Below are positions 30,001 through 42,583 of a stretch of 64,000 nt of DNA, piece by piece (positions within the stretch are counted from its first letter, which is position 1; every line of letters begins with the position of its first letter). Below the pieces are notes generated by a model. The model did no database searches and was not told the DNA's origin. It was given only the letters and a program-made list of their open reading frames with translations. The stretch is from Eledone cirrhosa (Eukaryota): positions 247,752,001-247,816,000 of the forward strand of contig OZ024743.1 of assembly GCA_964016885.1 (NCBI GenBank). The letters run 5' to 3'. The translations under genes were made by a program, and so were the position numbers.

Positions 30001-33000
30001 ATTTACAGTGTGGGCTGGGTATTTTTTGTCATGACACCTACACAAACATCTTAGGGTGTGGGCTGGGTGTTTTTTGTCATAACACCTACACAAACATCTT
30101 ACAGTGTGGGCTGGGTGTTTTTTGTCATGACACCTACACCAAAATCTTACAGTGTGGGCTGGGTGTTTTTTGTCATAACACTTACACAACCATCTTACAC
30201 TGTGGGCTGGGTGTTTTTTGTCATAACACTTACACAACCAATTTACAGTGTGGGCTGGGTGTTTTTTGTCATGACACCTACACAAACATCTTACAGTGTG
30301 GGCTGGGTGTTTTTGTCATAACACTTACCACAACCAATTTACAGTGTGGGCTGGGTGATTTTTGTCATAACACTTACCACAACCAATTTACAGTGTGGGC
30401 TGGGTGCTTTTTGTCATAACACTTACCACAACCAATTTACAGTGTGGGCTGGGTGTTTTTTGTCATAACACTTACCACAACCAATTTACAGTGTGGGCCG
30501 GGTGTTTTTTGTCATAAAACTTACCACAACCAATTTACAGTGTGGGCTGGGTGCTTTTTGTCATAACACTTACCACAACCAATTTACAGTGTGGGCTGGG
30601 TGCTTTTTGTCATAACACTTACCACAACCAATTTACAGTGTGGGCTGGGTGTTTTTTGTCATAACACTTACCACAACCAATTTACAGTGTGGGCTGGGTG
30701 CTTTTTGTCATAACACTTACCACAGCCAATTTACAGTATGGGCTGGGTGTTTTTTGTCATAACACTTACCACAACCAATTTACAGTGTGGGCTGGGTGTT
30801 TTTTGTCATAACACTTACCACAACTAATTTACAGTGTGGGCTGGGTGCTTTTTGTCATAACACTTACCACAAACAGTTTACAGTGTGGGCTGGGTGTTTT
30901 TTGTCATAACACTTACCACAACCAATTTACAGTGTGGGCTGGGTGCTTTTTGTCATAACACTTACCACAACCAATTTACAGTGTGGGCTAGGTGCTTTTT
31001 GTCATAACACTTACCACAACCAATTTACAGTGTGGGCTGGGTGTTTTTTGTCATAACACTTACCACAACGAATTTACAGTGTGGGCTGGGTGTTTTTTGT
31101 CATAACACTTACCACAACCAATTTACAGTGTGGGCTGGCTGTTTTTGTCATGACACCTACACAAACATCTTACAGTGTGGGCTGGGTGTTTTTTGTCATG
31201 ACACCTACACAAACATCTTACAGTGTGGGCTGGGTGTTTTTTGTCATGACACCTACACACATCTTACAGTGTGGGCTGGGTGTTTTTTGTTATGACACCT
31301 ACACAAACATCTTACAGTGTGGGCTGTGTGTTTTTTGTCATGACACCTACACAAACATCTTACAGTGTGGGCTGGGTGTTTTTTGTCATGACACCTACAC
31401 AACCAATTTACAGTGTTGGCTGGGTGCTTTTTGTCATAACACTTACCACAACCAATTTACAGTGTGGGCTGGGTGTTTTTTGTCATGGCACCTACACAAA
31501 CATCTTACAGTGTGGGCTGGGTGTTTTTGTCATGACACCTACACAAACATCTTACAGTGTGGGCTGGGTGTTTTTTTTCATAACACTTACACAACCAATT
31601 TACAGTGTTGGCTGGGTGCTTTTTGTCATAAAACTTACCACAACCAATTTACAGTGTGGGCTGGGTGTTTTTGTCATGACACCTACACAAACATCTTACA
31701 GTGTGGGCTGGGTGTTTTTTGTCATGACACCTACACAAACATCTTACAGTGTGGGCTGGGTGTTTTTTGTCATAACACTTACACAACCAATTTACTGTGT
31801 GGGCTGGGTGTTTATTGTCATGACACCTACACAAACATCTTACAGTGTGGGCTGGGTGTTTTTTGTCATGACACCTACACAAACATCTTACAGTGTGGGC
31901 TGGGTGTTTTTTGTCATGACACCTACACAAACATCTTACAGTGTGGGCTGGGTGTTTTTTGTCATAACACTTACACAACCAATTTACTGTGTGGGCTGGG
32001 TGTTTTTTGTCATGACACCTATACAAACATCTTACAGTGTGGGCTGGGTGTTTTTTTTCATGACACCTACACAAACATCTTACAGTGTGGGCTGGGTGTT
32101 TTTTGTCATAACACTTACACAACCATCTTACAGTGTGGGCTGGGTGTTTTTTGTCATAACACTTACACAACCAATTTACAGTGTGGGCTGGGTGTTTTTT
32201 GTCATGACACCTACACAAACATCTTAGGGTGTGGGCTGGGTGTTTTTTGTCATAACACCTACACAAACATCTTACAGTGTGGGCTGGGTGTTTTTTGTCA
32301 TGACACCTACACCAAAATCTTACAGTGTGGGCTGGGTGTTTTTTGTCATAACACTTACACAACCATCTTACAGTGTGGGCTGGGTGTTTTTTGTCATAAC
32401 ACTTACACAACCAATTTACAGTGTGGGCTGGGTGTTTTTTGTCATGACACCTACACAAACATCTTACAGTGTGGGCTGGGTGTTTTTGTCATAACACTTA
32501 CCACAACCAATTTACAGTGTGGGCTGGGTGATTTTTGTCATAACACTTACCACAACCAATTTACAGTGTGGGCTGGGTGCTTTTTGTCATAACACTTACC
32601 ACAACCAATTTACAGTGTGGGCTGGGTGTTTTTTGTCATAACACTTACCACAACCAATTTACAGTGTGGGCTGGGTGTTTTTTGTCATAACACTTACCAC
32701 AACCAATTTACAGTGTGGGCTGGGTGCTTTTTGTCATAACACTTACCACAACCAATTTACAGTGTGGGCTGGGTGCTTTTTGTCATAACACTTACCACAG
32801 CCAATTTACAGTGTGGGCTGGGTGTTTTTTGTCATAACACTTACCACAACCAATTTACAGTGTGGGCTGGGTGTTTTTTGTCATAACACTTACCACAACT
32901 AATTTACAGTGTGGGCTGGGTGCTTTTTGTCATAACACTTACCACAAACAATTTACAGTGTGGGCTGGGTGTTTTTTGTCATAACACTTACCACAAACAA

Positions 33001-36000
33001 TTTACAGTGTGGGCTGGGTGCTTTTTGTCATAACACTTACCACAACCAATTTACAGTGTGTGCTAGGTGCTTTTTGTCATAACACTTACCAAAAACCAAT
33101 TTACAGTGTGGGCTGGGTGTTTTTTGTCATAACACTTACCACAACCAATTTACAGTGTGGGCTGGGTGTTTTTTGTCATAACACTTACCACAACCAATTT
33201 ACAGTGTGGGCTGGGTGTTTTTTGTCATAACACTTACCACAACCAATTTACAGTGTGGGCTGGGTGTTTTTTGTCATAACACTTACCACAACCAATTTAC
33301 AGTGTGGGCTGGGTGCTTTTTGTCATAACACTTACCACAACCAATTTACAGTGTGGGCTGGGTGTTTTTTGTCATAACACTTACCACAATTAATTTACAG
33401 TGTGAGCTGGGTGCTTTATGTCATAACACTTACCACAACCAATTTCCAGTGTGGGCTGGGTGCTTTTTGTCATAACACTTACCACAACCAATTTACAGTG
33501 TGGGCTGGCTTTTTTTTGTCATAATACTTACCACAACCAATTTACAGTGTGGGCTGGGTGCTTTTTGTCATAACACTTACCACAACCAATTTAAAGTGTG
33601 GGCTGGGTGTTTTTTGTCATAACACTTACCACAACCAATTTACAGTGTGGGCTGGGTGTTTTTAGTCATAACACTTACTACAACCAATTTACAGTGTGGG
33701 CTGGGTGTTTTTTGTCATAACACTTACCACAACCAATTTACAGTGTGGGCTGGGTGTTTTTTGTCATAACACTTACCACAACCAATTTACAGTGTGGGCT
33801 GGGTGCTTTTTGTCATAACACTTACCACAAACAATTTACAGTGTGGGCTGGGTGTTTTTTGTCATAACACTTACCACAACCAATTTACAGTGTGGGCTGG
33901 GTGCTTTTTGTCATAACACTTACCACAACCAATTTACAGTGTGGGCTGGGTGTTTTTTGTCATAACACTTACCACAACCAATTTCCAGTGTGGGCTGGGT
34001 GTTTTTAGTCATAACACTTACTACAACCAATTTACAGTGTGGGCTGGGTGTTTTTTGTCATAACACTTACCACAACCAATTTACAGTGTGGGCTGGGTGT
34101 TTTTTGTCATAACACTTACCACAACCAATTTACAGTGTGGGCTGGGTGTTTTTTGTCATAACACTTACCACAATTAATTTACAGTGTGGGCTGGGTGCTT
34201 TTTGTCATAACACTTACCACAACCAATTTACAGTGTGGGCTGGGTGTTTTTTGTCATAACACTTACCACAACCAATTTACAGTGTGGGCTGGGTGTTTTT
34301 TGTCATAACACTTTCCACAACCAATTTACAGTGTGGGCTGGGTGCTTTTTGTCATAACACTTACCACTACCAATTTACAGTGTGGGCTGGGTGTTTTTTG
34401 TCATAACACTTACCACAACCAACTTACAGTGTGGGCTGGGTGTTTTTTGTCAGAAACACTTACCACACCAATTTACAGTGTGGGCTGGGTGTTTTTTGTC
34501 ATAACACTTACCACAACCAATTTACAGTGTGGGCTGGGTGTTTTTGTCATAACACTTACCACAACCAATTTACAGTGTGGGCTGGGTGCTTTTTGTCATA
34601 ACACTTACCACAACCAATTTACAGTTTGGGCTGGGTGTTTTTTGTCATAACACTTACCACAACCAATTTACAGTGTGGGCTGGGTGCTTTTTGTCATAAC
34701 ACTTACCACAGCCAATTTATAGTGTGGGCTGGGTGTTTTTTGTCATAACACTTACCACAACCAATTTACAGTGTGGGCTGGGTGCTTTTTGTCATAACAC
34801 TTACCACAACCAATTTACAGTGTGGGCTGGGTGTTTTTTGTCATAACACTTACCACAACCAATTTACAGTGTGGGCTGGGTGTTTTTTGTCATAACACTT
34901 ACCACAACCAATTTACAGTGTGGTCTGGGTGTTTTTTGTCATAACACTTACCACAACCAATTTACAGTGTGGGCTGGGTGCTTTTTGTCATAACACTTAC
35001 CACAACCAATTTACAGTGTGGGCTGGGTGTTTTTTGTCATAACACTTACCACAACCAATTTACAGTGTGGGATGGGTGCTTTTTGTCATAACACTTACCA
35101 CAAACAATTTACAGTGTGGGCTGGGTGTTTTTTGTCATAACACTTACCACAACCTATTTACAGTGTGGGCTGGGTGCTTTTTGTCATAACACTTACCACA
35201 ACCAATTTACAGTGTGGGCTGGGTGCTTTTTGTCATAACACTTACTACAACCAATTTACAGTGTGGGCTGGGTGCTTTTTGTCATAACACTTACCACAAC
35301 CAATTTACAGTGTGGGCTGGGTGTTTTTTGTCATAACACTTACCACAACCAATTTACAGTGTGGGCTGGGTGTTTTTTGTCATAACACTTACCACAACCA
35401 ATTTACAGTGTGGGCTGGGTGCTTTTTGTCATAACACTTACCACAACCAATTTACAGTGTGGGCTGGGTGCTTTTTGTCATAACACTTACCACACCAATT
35501 TACAGTGTGGGCTGGGTGCTTTTTGTCATAACACTTACCACAACCAATTTACAGTGTGGGCTGGGTGTTTTTTGTCATAACACTTACCACAACCAATTTA
35601 CAGTGTGGGCTGGGTGTTTTTTGTCATAACACTTACCACAACCAATTTACAGTGTGGGCTGGGTGCTTTTTGTCATAACACTTACCACAACGAATTTACA
35701 GTGTGGGCTGGGTGCTTTTTGTCATCACACTTACCACACCAATTTACAGTGTGGGCTGGGTGCTTTTTGTCATAACACTTACCACAACCAATTTACAGTG
35801 TGGGCTGGGTGCTTTTTGTCATAACACTTAACACAACCAATTTACAGTGTGGGCTGGGTGCTTTTTGTCATAACACTTAACACAACCAATTTACAGTGTG
35901 GGCTGGGTGCTTTTTGTCATAACACTTACCACAACCAATTTACAGTGTGGGCTGGGTGCTTTTTGTCATAACTCTTACCACAACCAATTTACAGTGTGGG

Positions 36001-38150
36001 CTGGGTGCTTTTTGTCATAACACTTAACACAACCAATTTACAGTGTGGGCTGGGTGCTTTTTGTCATAACACTTAACACAACCAATTTACAGTGTGGGCT
36101 GGGTGCTTTTTGTCATAACACTTACCCCAACCAATTTACAGTGTGGGCTGGGTGTTTTTTGTCATAACACTTACCACAACCAATTTACAGTGTGGGCTGG
36201 GTGCTTTTTGTCATAACACTTACCACAACCAATTTACAGTGTGGGCTGGGTGCTTTTTGTCATAACACTTACCACAACCAATTTACAGTGTGGGCTGGCT
36301 GTTTTTTGTCATAACACTTACCACAACCAATTTACAGTGTGGGCTGGGTGCTTTTTGTCATAACACTTACCACAACCAATTTACAGTGTGGGCTGGCTGT
36401 TTTTTGTCATAACACTTACCACAACCAATTTACAGTGTGGGCTGGGTGTTTTTTGTCATAACACTTACCACAACCAATTTACAGTGTGGGCTGGGTGCTT
36501 TTTGTCATAACACTTACCACAACCAATTTACAGTGTGGGCTGGCTGTTTTTTGTCATAACACTTACCACAACCAATTTACAGTGTGGGCTGGGTGTTTTT
36601 TGTCATAACACTTACCACAACCAATTTACAGTGTGGGCTGGGTGCTTTTTGTCATAACACTTACCACAACCAATTTACAGTGTGGGCTGGCTGTTTTTTG
36701 TCATAACACTTACCACAACCAATTTACAGTGTGGGCTGGCTGTTTTTTGTCATAACACTTACCACAACCAATTTACAGTGTGGGCTGGGTGTTTTTTGTC
36801 ATAACACTTACCACAACCAATTTACAGTGTGGGCTGGCTGCTTTTTGTCATAACACTTACCACAACCAATTTACAGTGTGGGCTGGCTGTTTTTTGTCAT
36901 AACACTTACCACAACCAATTTACAGTGTGGGCTGGGTGTTTTTTGTCATAACACTTACCACAACCAATTTACAGTGTGGGCTGGGTGCTTTTTGTCATAA
37001 CACTTACCACAACCAATTTACAGTGTGGGCTGGGTGCTTTTTGTCATAACACTTACCACAACCAATTTACAGTGTGGGCTGGGTGTTTTTTGTCATAGCA
37101 CTTACCACAATTAATTTACAGTGTGGGCTGGGTGCTTTTTGTCATAACACTTACCACAACCAATTTACAGTGTGGGCTGTGTGTTTTTTGTCATAACACT
37201 TACCACAACCAATTTACAGTGTTGGCTGTGTGTTTTTTGTGATAACACTTACCACAACCAATTTACAGTGTGGGCTGGGTGTTTTTTGTCATAACACTTA
37301 CCACAACCAATTTACAATGTGGGCTGGGTGCTTTTTGTCATAACACTTACCACAACCAATTTACAGTGTGGGCTGGGTGTTTTTTGTCATAACACTTACC
37401 ACAACCAATTTACAGTGTGGGCTGGGTGCTTTTTGTCATAACACTTACCACAACCAATTTACAGTGTGGGCTGGGTGCTTTTTGTCATAACACTTACCAC
37501 AAACAATTTACAGTGTGGGCTGGGTGTTTTTTGTCATAACACTTACCACAACCAATTTACAGTGTGGGCTGGGTGCTTTTTGTCATAACACTTACCACAA
37601 CCAATTTACAGTGTGGGCTGGGTGTTTTTTGTCATAACACTTACCACAACCAATTTACAGTGTGGGCTGGGTGTTTTTTGTCATAACACTTACCACAACC
37701 AATTTACAGTGTGGGCTGGGTGTTTTTTGTCATAACACTTACCACAACCAATTTACAGTGTCGTCTGGGTGCTTTTTGTCATAACACTTACCACAACCAA
37801 TTTACAGTGTGGGCTGGGTGCTTTTTGTCATAACACTTACCACAACCAATTTACAGTGTGGGCTGGGTGTTTTTTGTCATGACACCTACATAAACATCTT
37901 ACAGTGTTGGCTGGGTGCTTTTTGTCATGACACCTACACAAACATTTTACAGTGTTGCCTGGGTGTTTTTTGTCATGACACCTACATAAACACCTTACAG
38001 TGTTGGCTGGGTGCTTTTTGTCATGACACTTACACAAACATTTTACAGTGTGGGCTGGGTGCTTTTTATTGTGATAACAGCATGATCACTTTACAGTGTG
38101 GGTTGTGAGCTTTTTATCATGATACCAACATTACGACTTTACAGTGTGGA
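1..38150 (+). repeat. Satellite array of 48/49-bp monomers with higher-order structure; left end lies outside the window
   Basis: Continuous head-to-tail units. Type A (49 bp): TTACAGTGTGGGCTGGGTG(T/C)TTTTTGTCATAACACTTACCACAACCAAT. Type B (48 bp): TTACAGTGTGGGCTGGGTGTTTTTTGTCATGACACCTACACAAACATC. A/B chimeras also occur. ~32480-37860 is almost pure type A; 37870-38150 is degenerate. Confidence 0.99.
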
Positions 38151-38505
38151 CTGGGGCAGGGGTTTAAAGGCATGGGTGAACGTTGATATAATCAGATGTG
38201 AGAGGAGTGATAGGGTGTTGGAGATGTATGGAAGTGGGAGAGATGATAGTGGTTAAGAGGTGCATACTAGATGTATGTATTCTTTAATCCATGTGCATGG
38301 GAAGGCAGGTTTTCTGTATTAATGCATAATGCCAAAGATTTCCATCCTGTGTCATTGTCTTTGAGAAGTGCAATTGTACAATATCAGCTTTTAGCACCTC
38401 ATTCCAAGTCTTCCTGGATCTTCTTACTCCATAGCTTCCATCAACTTTGATCACCCTGCACCTTTTCATACAGCTGTCATGCTTCATACACATCACATGG
38501 CCATA
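38151..38505 (-). mobile_element. RTE-clade LINE 3' fragment (ORF C-terminus plus start of 3' UTR), contiguous with the satellite
   Basis: Translation LYGHVMCMKHDSCMKRCRVIKVDGSYGVRRSRKTWNEVLKADIVQLHFSKTMTQDGNLWHY aligns with the C-terminus of the 53210-55006 ORF (WYGHVMRMKVDSCITKCRAIKIDGSHGIARPRKTWDELINSDITHLHLSKTMSLDRDLWRY). GGTTAAGAGGTGCATACT (38251) matches GGTTAAGAGGTGCCTACT (63909). Confidence 0.9.
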
Positions 38506-39122
38506 CAATGCAGGCAATTACAAACTACAGAGCACCTTCTAGTTTGTTCCAATGATTCATGCGCACTTAACGACCTTGAAACCTTAAAACCCCAGGTAAG
38601 GTTCGGTGGCAACACTGGATGGGTGTGGTTCAGCAACTCAATAATAAGATCAGAAAAATGTCTGGAAAACCCCCCCAAAAAACACAGAATAAACACACAC
38701 ACAAGGCTTTGTACAAACTATCACCTTATCACCACCACCATCATCATCATCATCCTCATTTTCTCTCTCTCAACATCTTCTTGACATCAAAATCATCACC
38801 AAAACTGTGGTTTCCAAGAAATCATGAGCTACTGTCTGTTTTTTAAGTTTTTTTTTTCTGGGCTTGTCATTAACTCTGGTGCTCTCTGTTACTACTGTTG
38901 TTACTGTTGTTGTTGTTGGTATTGTTGTTGTCATCTCTGTTGTTGTTATAATTGACTCTCTCTCTCCTGTCATTGCTTCAATGCTATGGAGGGAAATAAT
39001 ATTGTTTATCCAACCAGTTTTGTTGATTCTTTTGTTGAAACACTAAATAATACAGTTTAATGAACATACAGACACACATATATATATATGTGTCTATGTC
39101 ACTCAGTATGTCTGTATATGTG

Positions 39123-39560
39123 TCATCATCATCATTACCATTTAATGTCTAGTTTTCAAGCTGGTGTGGGTTAGACATGTTGCTATATTCTGTGTCTATG
39201 TCTAACTCCATTTTTTATATGGTTTCTCTGATTGGATGTTTTACCTAATGCCAACCAACCATTTTACAGAATCTTCTGGAAGAATTTTATCATAGCACCA
39301 CCACTACTACTTTACAGAGTAAGCTAGGTGCTTTTTATCATGACACTAATACTACTACTTTATAGTGTTGGATGGGTGCTTATAATTGTGGCCTCAGCAT
39401 AATCAACTTACTGGGTTAACTGGGTGTTTTTTACCATGGCACCACTACTTCCACTTTACAATGTAGATTGAGAGCAGTTTATTGGGACACCGCATTATAA
39501 CTTTATCAAGTATCTGGGTAGATTTTATCATGGCACCAGCCTACAACACTAGGATGTTGG
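39123..39560 (-). mobile_element. Old RTE/SINE 3'-end remnant containing about six diverged satellite-like monomers
   Basis: (CAT)n tail at 39123 and a degenerate GGATG...CCTAATGCCAACC box. Then ~48-bp units of the form TTTACAG...GGTG(C/T)TTTT..CAT(G/A)GCACC at ~39262-39540. Confidence 0.7.
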
Positions 39561-39734
39561 CTGTGTCTTCAGCTTACAGAGGGACATGTGTGCATATGTG
39601 TTGTTATGCATAAAATAAAAATCTTTACTGGATAATTAGTTGCCAGCATCATTGACCTTAGCAAACTCCAGTATCAGTCAACCAAAATACATATAATACA
39701 GACACTTGTAATACATGTATGGCATCATCCCATC

Positions 39735-40770
39735 AGTAAATCCCTAACTCCAGCTGCTGTGGCCAACTCATCGAGTTTCTCGAAGACATTACCTGAATCA
39801 CTGATGGCGGCTCATGGGTGGATGTTATTTATCTTGACTTTGCTAAAGCTTTTAATTCTGTGCAATGGATGTGAGAGATGATCTTTATAACTGGTTAAAA
39901 TTCTTCATTCTCGATCGAAAAAAGTCACGGTTCTAGGACAACATTCTTCACCCTATGAGATGACATCTGGTGTACCACAGATGCCTTTTGTTTGTTGCAT
40001 ATATTAATGACGTAGAGGCCAACTTGAAGAATGTCACAGTGCTGAAATATGTAAATTACATCAAGCTATACCTTGAGATAAAAGGTCAGATCCTGTATGC
40101 TGTAGATATTTCCTGCAATCAGACCTGGACACAATGCAGCAAAGGATTATGGACTGGCAACTCCACAACACTAATCTCAAGAAGTCTTCTTGTGAATGTG
40201 ACCTGAGCATTACTGTTAGTAGTGATTTGTGTTGGGCAAAACACATCTCTAAAATTGTCAAGATGGCCAAAGGTGTCTTAGCATCGCTCAGTAAGATCTT
40301 TGTTAGCTGCTCTCCAGCTATATATTTAAAGCTGTATATAGCTATGGCGTGTCCACACTTAGAATTTACATCATTAGTCTGGAATTCCTAACTTGCTCAG
40401 AATATTGATCTGGAAACTGTTCAGAAATGTGTGACCAAGCAAATAACTTCCATCCGGCATCAACCATACTCTGAATGCCTTGCTTCCCTGGGCATGGATA
40501 CATTGAAGCTCCGACATCTACCAAGTGACTTGGTAAACACCCACAAAAGTATTAACCATCTTTCCAACAACAACCCTGGGTACCTTTTTGAATTCCATGG
40601 GTCTAACACCCCTGGACATGCTTACAAAATCAGAAAAACAATACACCTCCCATGACTTTCAGAAACATTTTTTCACACTCAGAGTTGTTGAAGCATCAGT
40701 TGTTAGCTGTGAGGACACTACATCCTTCAAAGCTTCCATGCTTCTCAAAATTTGCCAATACTACACCTGA
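39735..40770 (+). pseudogene. Degraded CR1/L2-group LINE reverse-transcriptase fragment
   Basis: Motifs VDVIYLDFAKAFNSV, SGVPQ, LFVAYIND, KLYIAMACPHLEFTSLVWNS, PYSECLASLGMDTL and HFFTLRVV lie in shifting frames with stops. These are typical of CR1-group ORF2. Confidence 0.85.
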
Positions 40771-41148
40771 TATTCCCCCTCCATTTTTATACTTATAAAT
40801 TTACAACCCAACATATGTATAATTTGTTCAATCGGCCGTCTTCTGAGTAAGACGGCCGATTGAACAGGGATTCGAAACTAGATATAGGTAGTAACTTAAA
40901 CACTACCATGCTAGTCGGTATATCAATCTTCATCAATCAATGGGCCCTCTGGAACGATCGTAAACAATGGAAACATTGTTTCCTCGGTCTGATTTGACGG
41001 AAGTCGATCGACTCCTTATTTATAATTTTATATATGTATATATATTGTGGTAAAAAGCCGGGTAGTAAGTAGAGCATTCTGTCCTGAGGACAAGTATAGT
41101 ATAGAGTTAGTTCCACAACAAACTAACAAACCATACTCGAGGATACGT

Positions 41149-42135
41149 GTCAGAAATGATGACGTCATCATCACTGGTTGCCCATCCTTAGGTTTTCTTG
41201 GAACACATTAGATGGTGCTATGCCATCAGTTTTGAAATTCATAGCTAAAGGCTTTCAAAATGTTTATTTGGATGTGCAATGTCAATGTACATGAACGACC
41301 AAGCATAGATGAGTTAAGAGAGAAACTGGGTATAATGTATAAGAGGGATAAGTTGTGGTGTGCGGGAGAGAAGACTGAGATGGTATGGACATGTGATGAA
41401 CATGGCGGATGACTGCTGGGTAAACAAGTGCCAAGAAATCCCAGTAGAAGGAAGACGCAGTAGAGGAAGACCACGAAAAACATGGGCGGAGGTGGTGAGA
41501 GCAGACCTCAGATCTCTGAAGCTCACGGAAGAGATGACGAAGGACCGTGACAAGTGGAGAGATGCTGTGCTGAATAGGACCCGTCCTACCCTTGCAAGCA
41601 GGAAACGTGGATGTAAAATGATGATGACGATGATACTGTATATCGCCAGATATACAAATTGGCAAATGTGGTTAATCAGCCCATGTACATAGGCTTCGAA
41701 ACTATGTTTTCACTTATGTTAAGTTCCAGCAGTGAGCAGTTCAGGGAACACTAGCTTGATGAGTCAGAAATGATGACGTCATCATTGATAGCTACCCATA
41801 CTTAGCTTCTGCTGGAACACACTGGAAGGCACTATGCCATCTATTTTCAAATTCATAACTCATGGCTTCTCTATATGCAAATGTGGGTGATCAGCCCATG
41901 TACATAGCCTTCTAAACTATATGTTTTAACTTATATTATGTTCCAACAGTAAGCGCTCGGCAATACCAGTTTGATAACGACAGTCAGAAATGATGACATC
42001 ATCATCACTAGTTACCCGTACTTAGATTCTGTTGGAACACACTAGATGGCGCTATGCTGTCAGTTTTCAAATTCACAGCGGAAGGATTTCAAAATGTTTA
42101 TTTATAAACATACCGTATGTCGCCAGATATACAAC
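41149..42135 (+). repeat. Three-copy ~220-bp tandem repeat; first copy interrupted by an RTE fragment
   Basis: GTCAGAAATGATGAC(G/A)TCATCAT...GGAACAC...CTATGC..TC..TTTT.AAATTCA starts at 41149, 41763 and 41983. Confidence 0.85.
41270..41632 (+). mobile_element. 5'-truncated RTE LINE (short-3'UTR subfamily)
   Basis: RERRLRWYGHVMNMADDCWVNKCQEIPVEGRRSRGRPRKTWAEVVRADL is closely similar to the 54981-55412 translation. It ends in CCCTTGCAAGCAGG...TAAA(ATG)n. Confidence 0.92.
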
Positions 42136-42189
42136 TTCACGTATTTCATATACAAAGCTATGTTAGAGTTAATGCTCTTATATATATAT

Positions 42190-42223
<34 letters not shown>

Positions 42224-42254
42224 GTAGGTATGTATGTATATATATATGTGTATA

Positions 42255-42582
42255 TCATCATCACCGTTTTACGTCCGTTCTTCCACGGTAGCATGGGTTA
42301 GACGGGTTGTCCTGTTGTGGGCAGTGTCTGGTCGGCTGACCTTGTATTGCTCATACGGGAACTGATTCTGGCTTGATTTCTACAGCTGGATGCCCTTCCT
42401 TACACCAACCTCATTTACAGTGTGGGCTGGGTGCTTTTTTGCCGTGGCACCTCCACGACCACTTTGCAGTGGAATGATAGGGACTTCAGTCCTATCATCT
42501 CATTTCTACAGATGAGTAAACTGGAGAAATGTGAAATAAAGTGTCTTGCTCAAAGAAACAACACATCACCCGGTCCAAGAAT
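42255..42582 (-). mobile_element. 5'-truncated tRNA-derived SINE with RTE-type 3' tail, containing a satellite monomer
   Basis: Inverted copy of 42640-42900. It has a (CAT)n tail, a GGATGCCCTTCC box, and ATTTACAGTGTGGGCTGGGTGCTTTTT (42413-42439), which is identical to the satellite core. Confidence 0.8.
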
Positions 42583-42583
42583 T

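Noticed and set aside
104-38108. Many long ORFs (up to 919 aa) with Cys/His-rich 16-aa repeats
   Set aside because: The 48-bp unit is a multiple of 3 and happens to be stop-free in several frames on both strands. Frames switch at T-tract indels, and there is no unique domain or splice structure.
1-38150. CRISPR-like array (constant ~30-nt part plus variable ~18-nt part)
   Set aside because: The variable part has only two related types and point variants, not unique spacers. There are no cas genes and the context is eukaryotic.
1-38150. G-quadruplex or telomeric repeat
   Set aside because: There are only two GGG runs per monomer, separated from the next pair by ~40 nt, and no TTAGGG tracts.
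38723-38950. Poly-His and Thr/Val-rich ORFs
   Set aside because: They are translations of (CAT)/(CAC)n and (GTT)n microsatellites.
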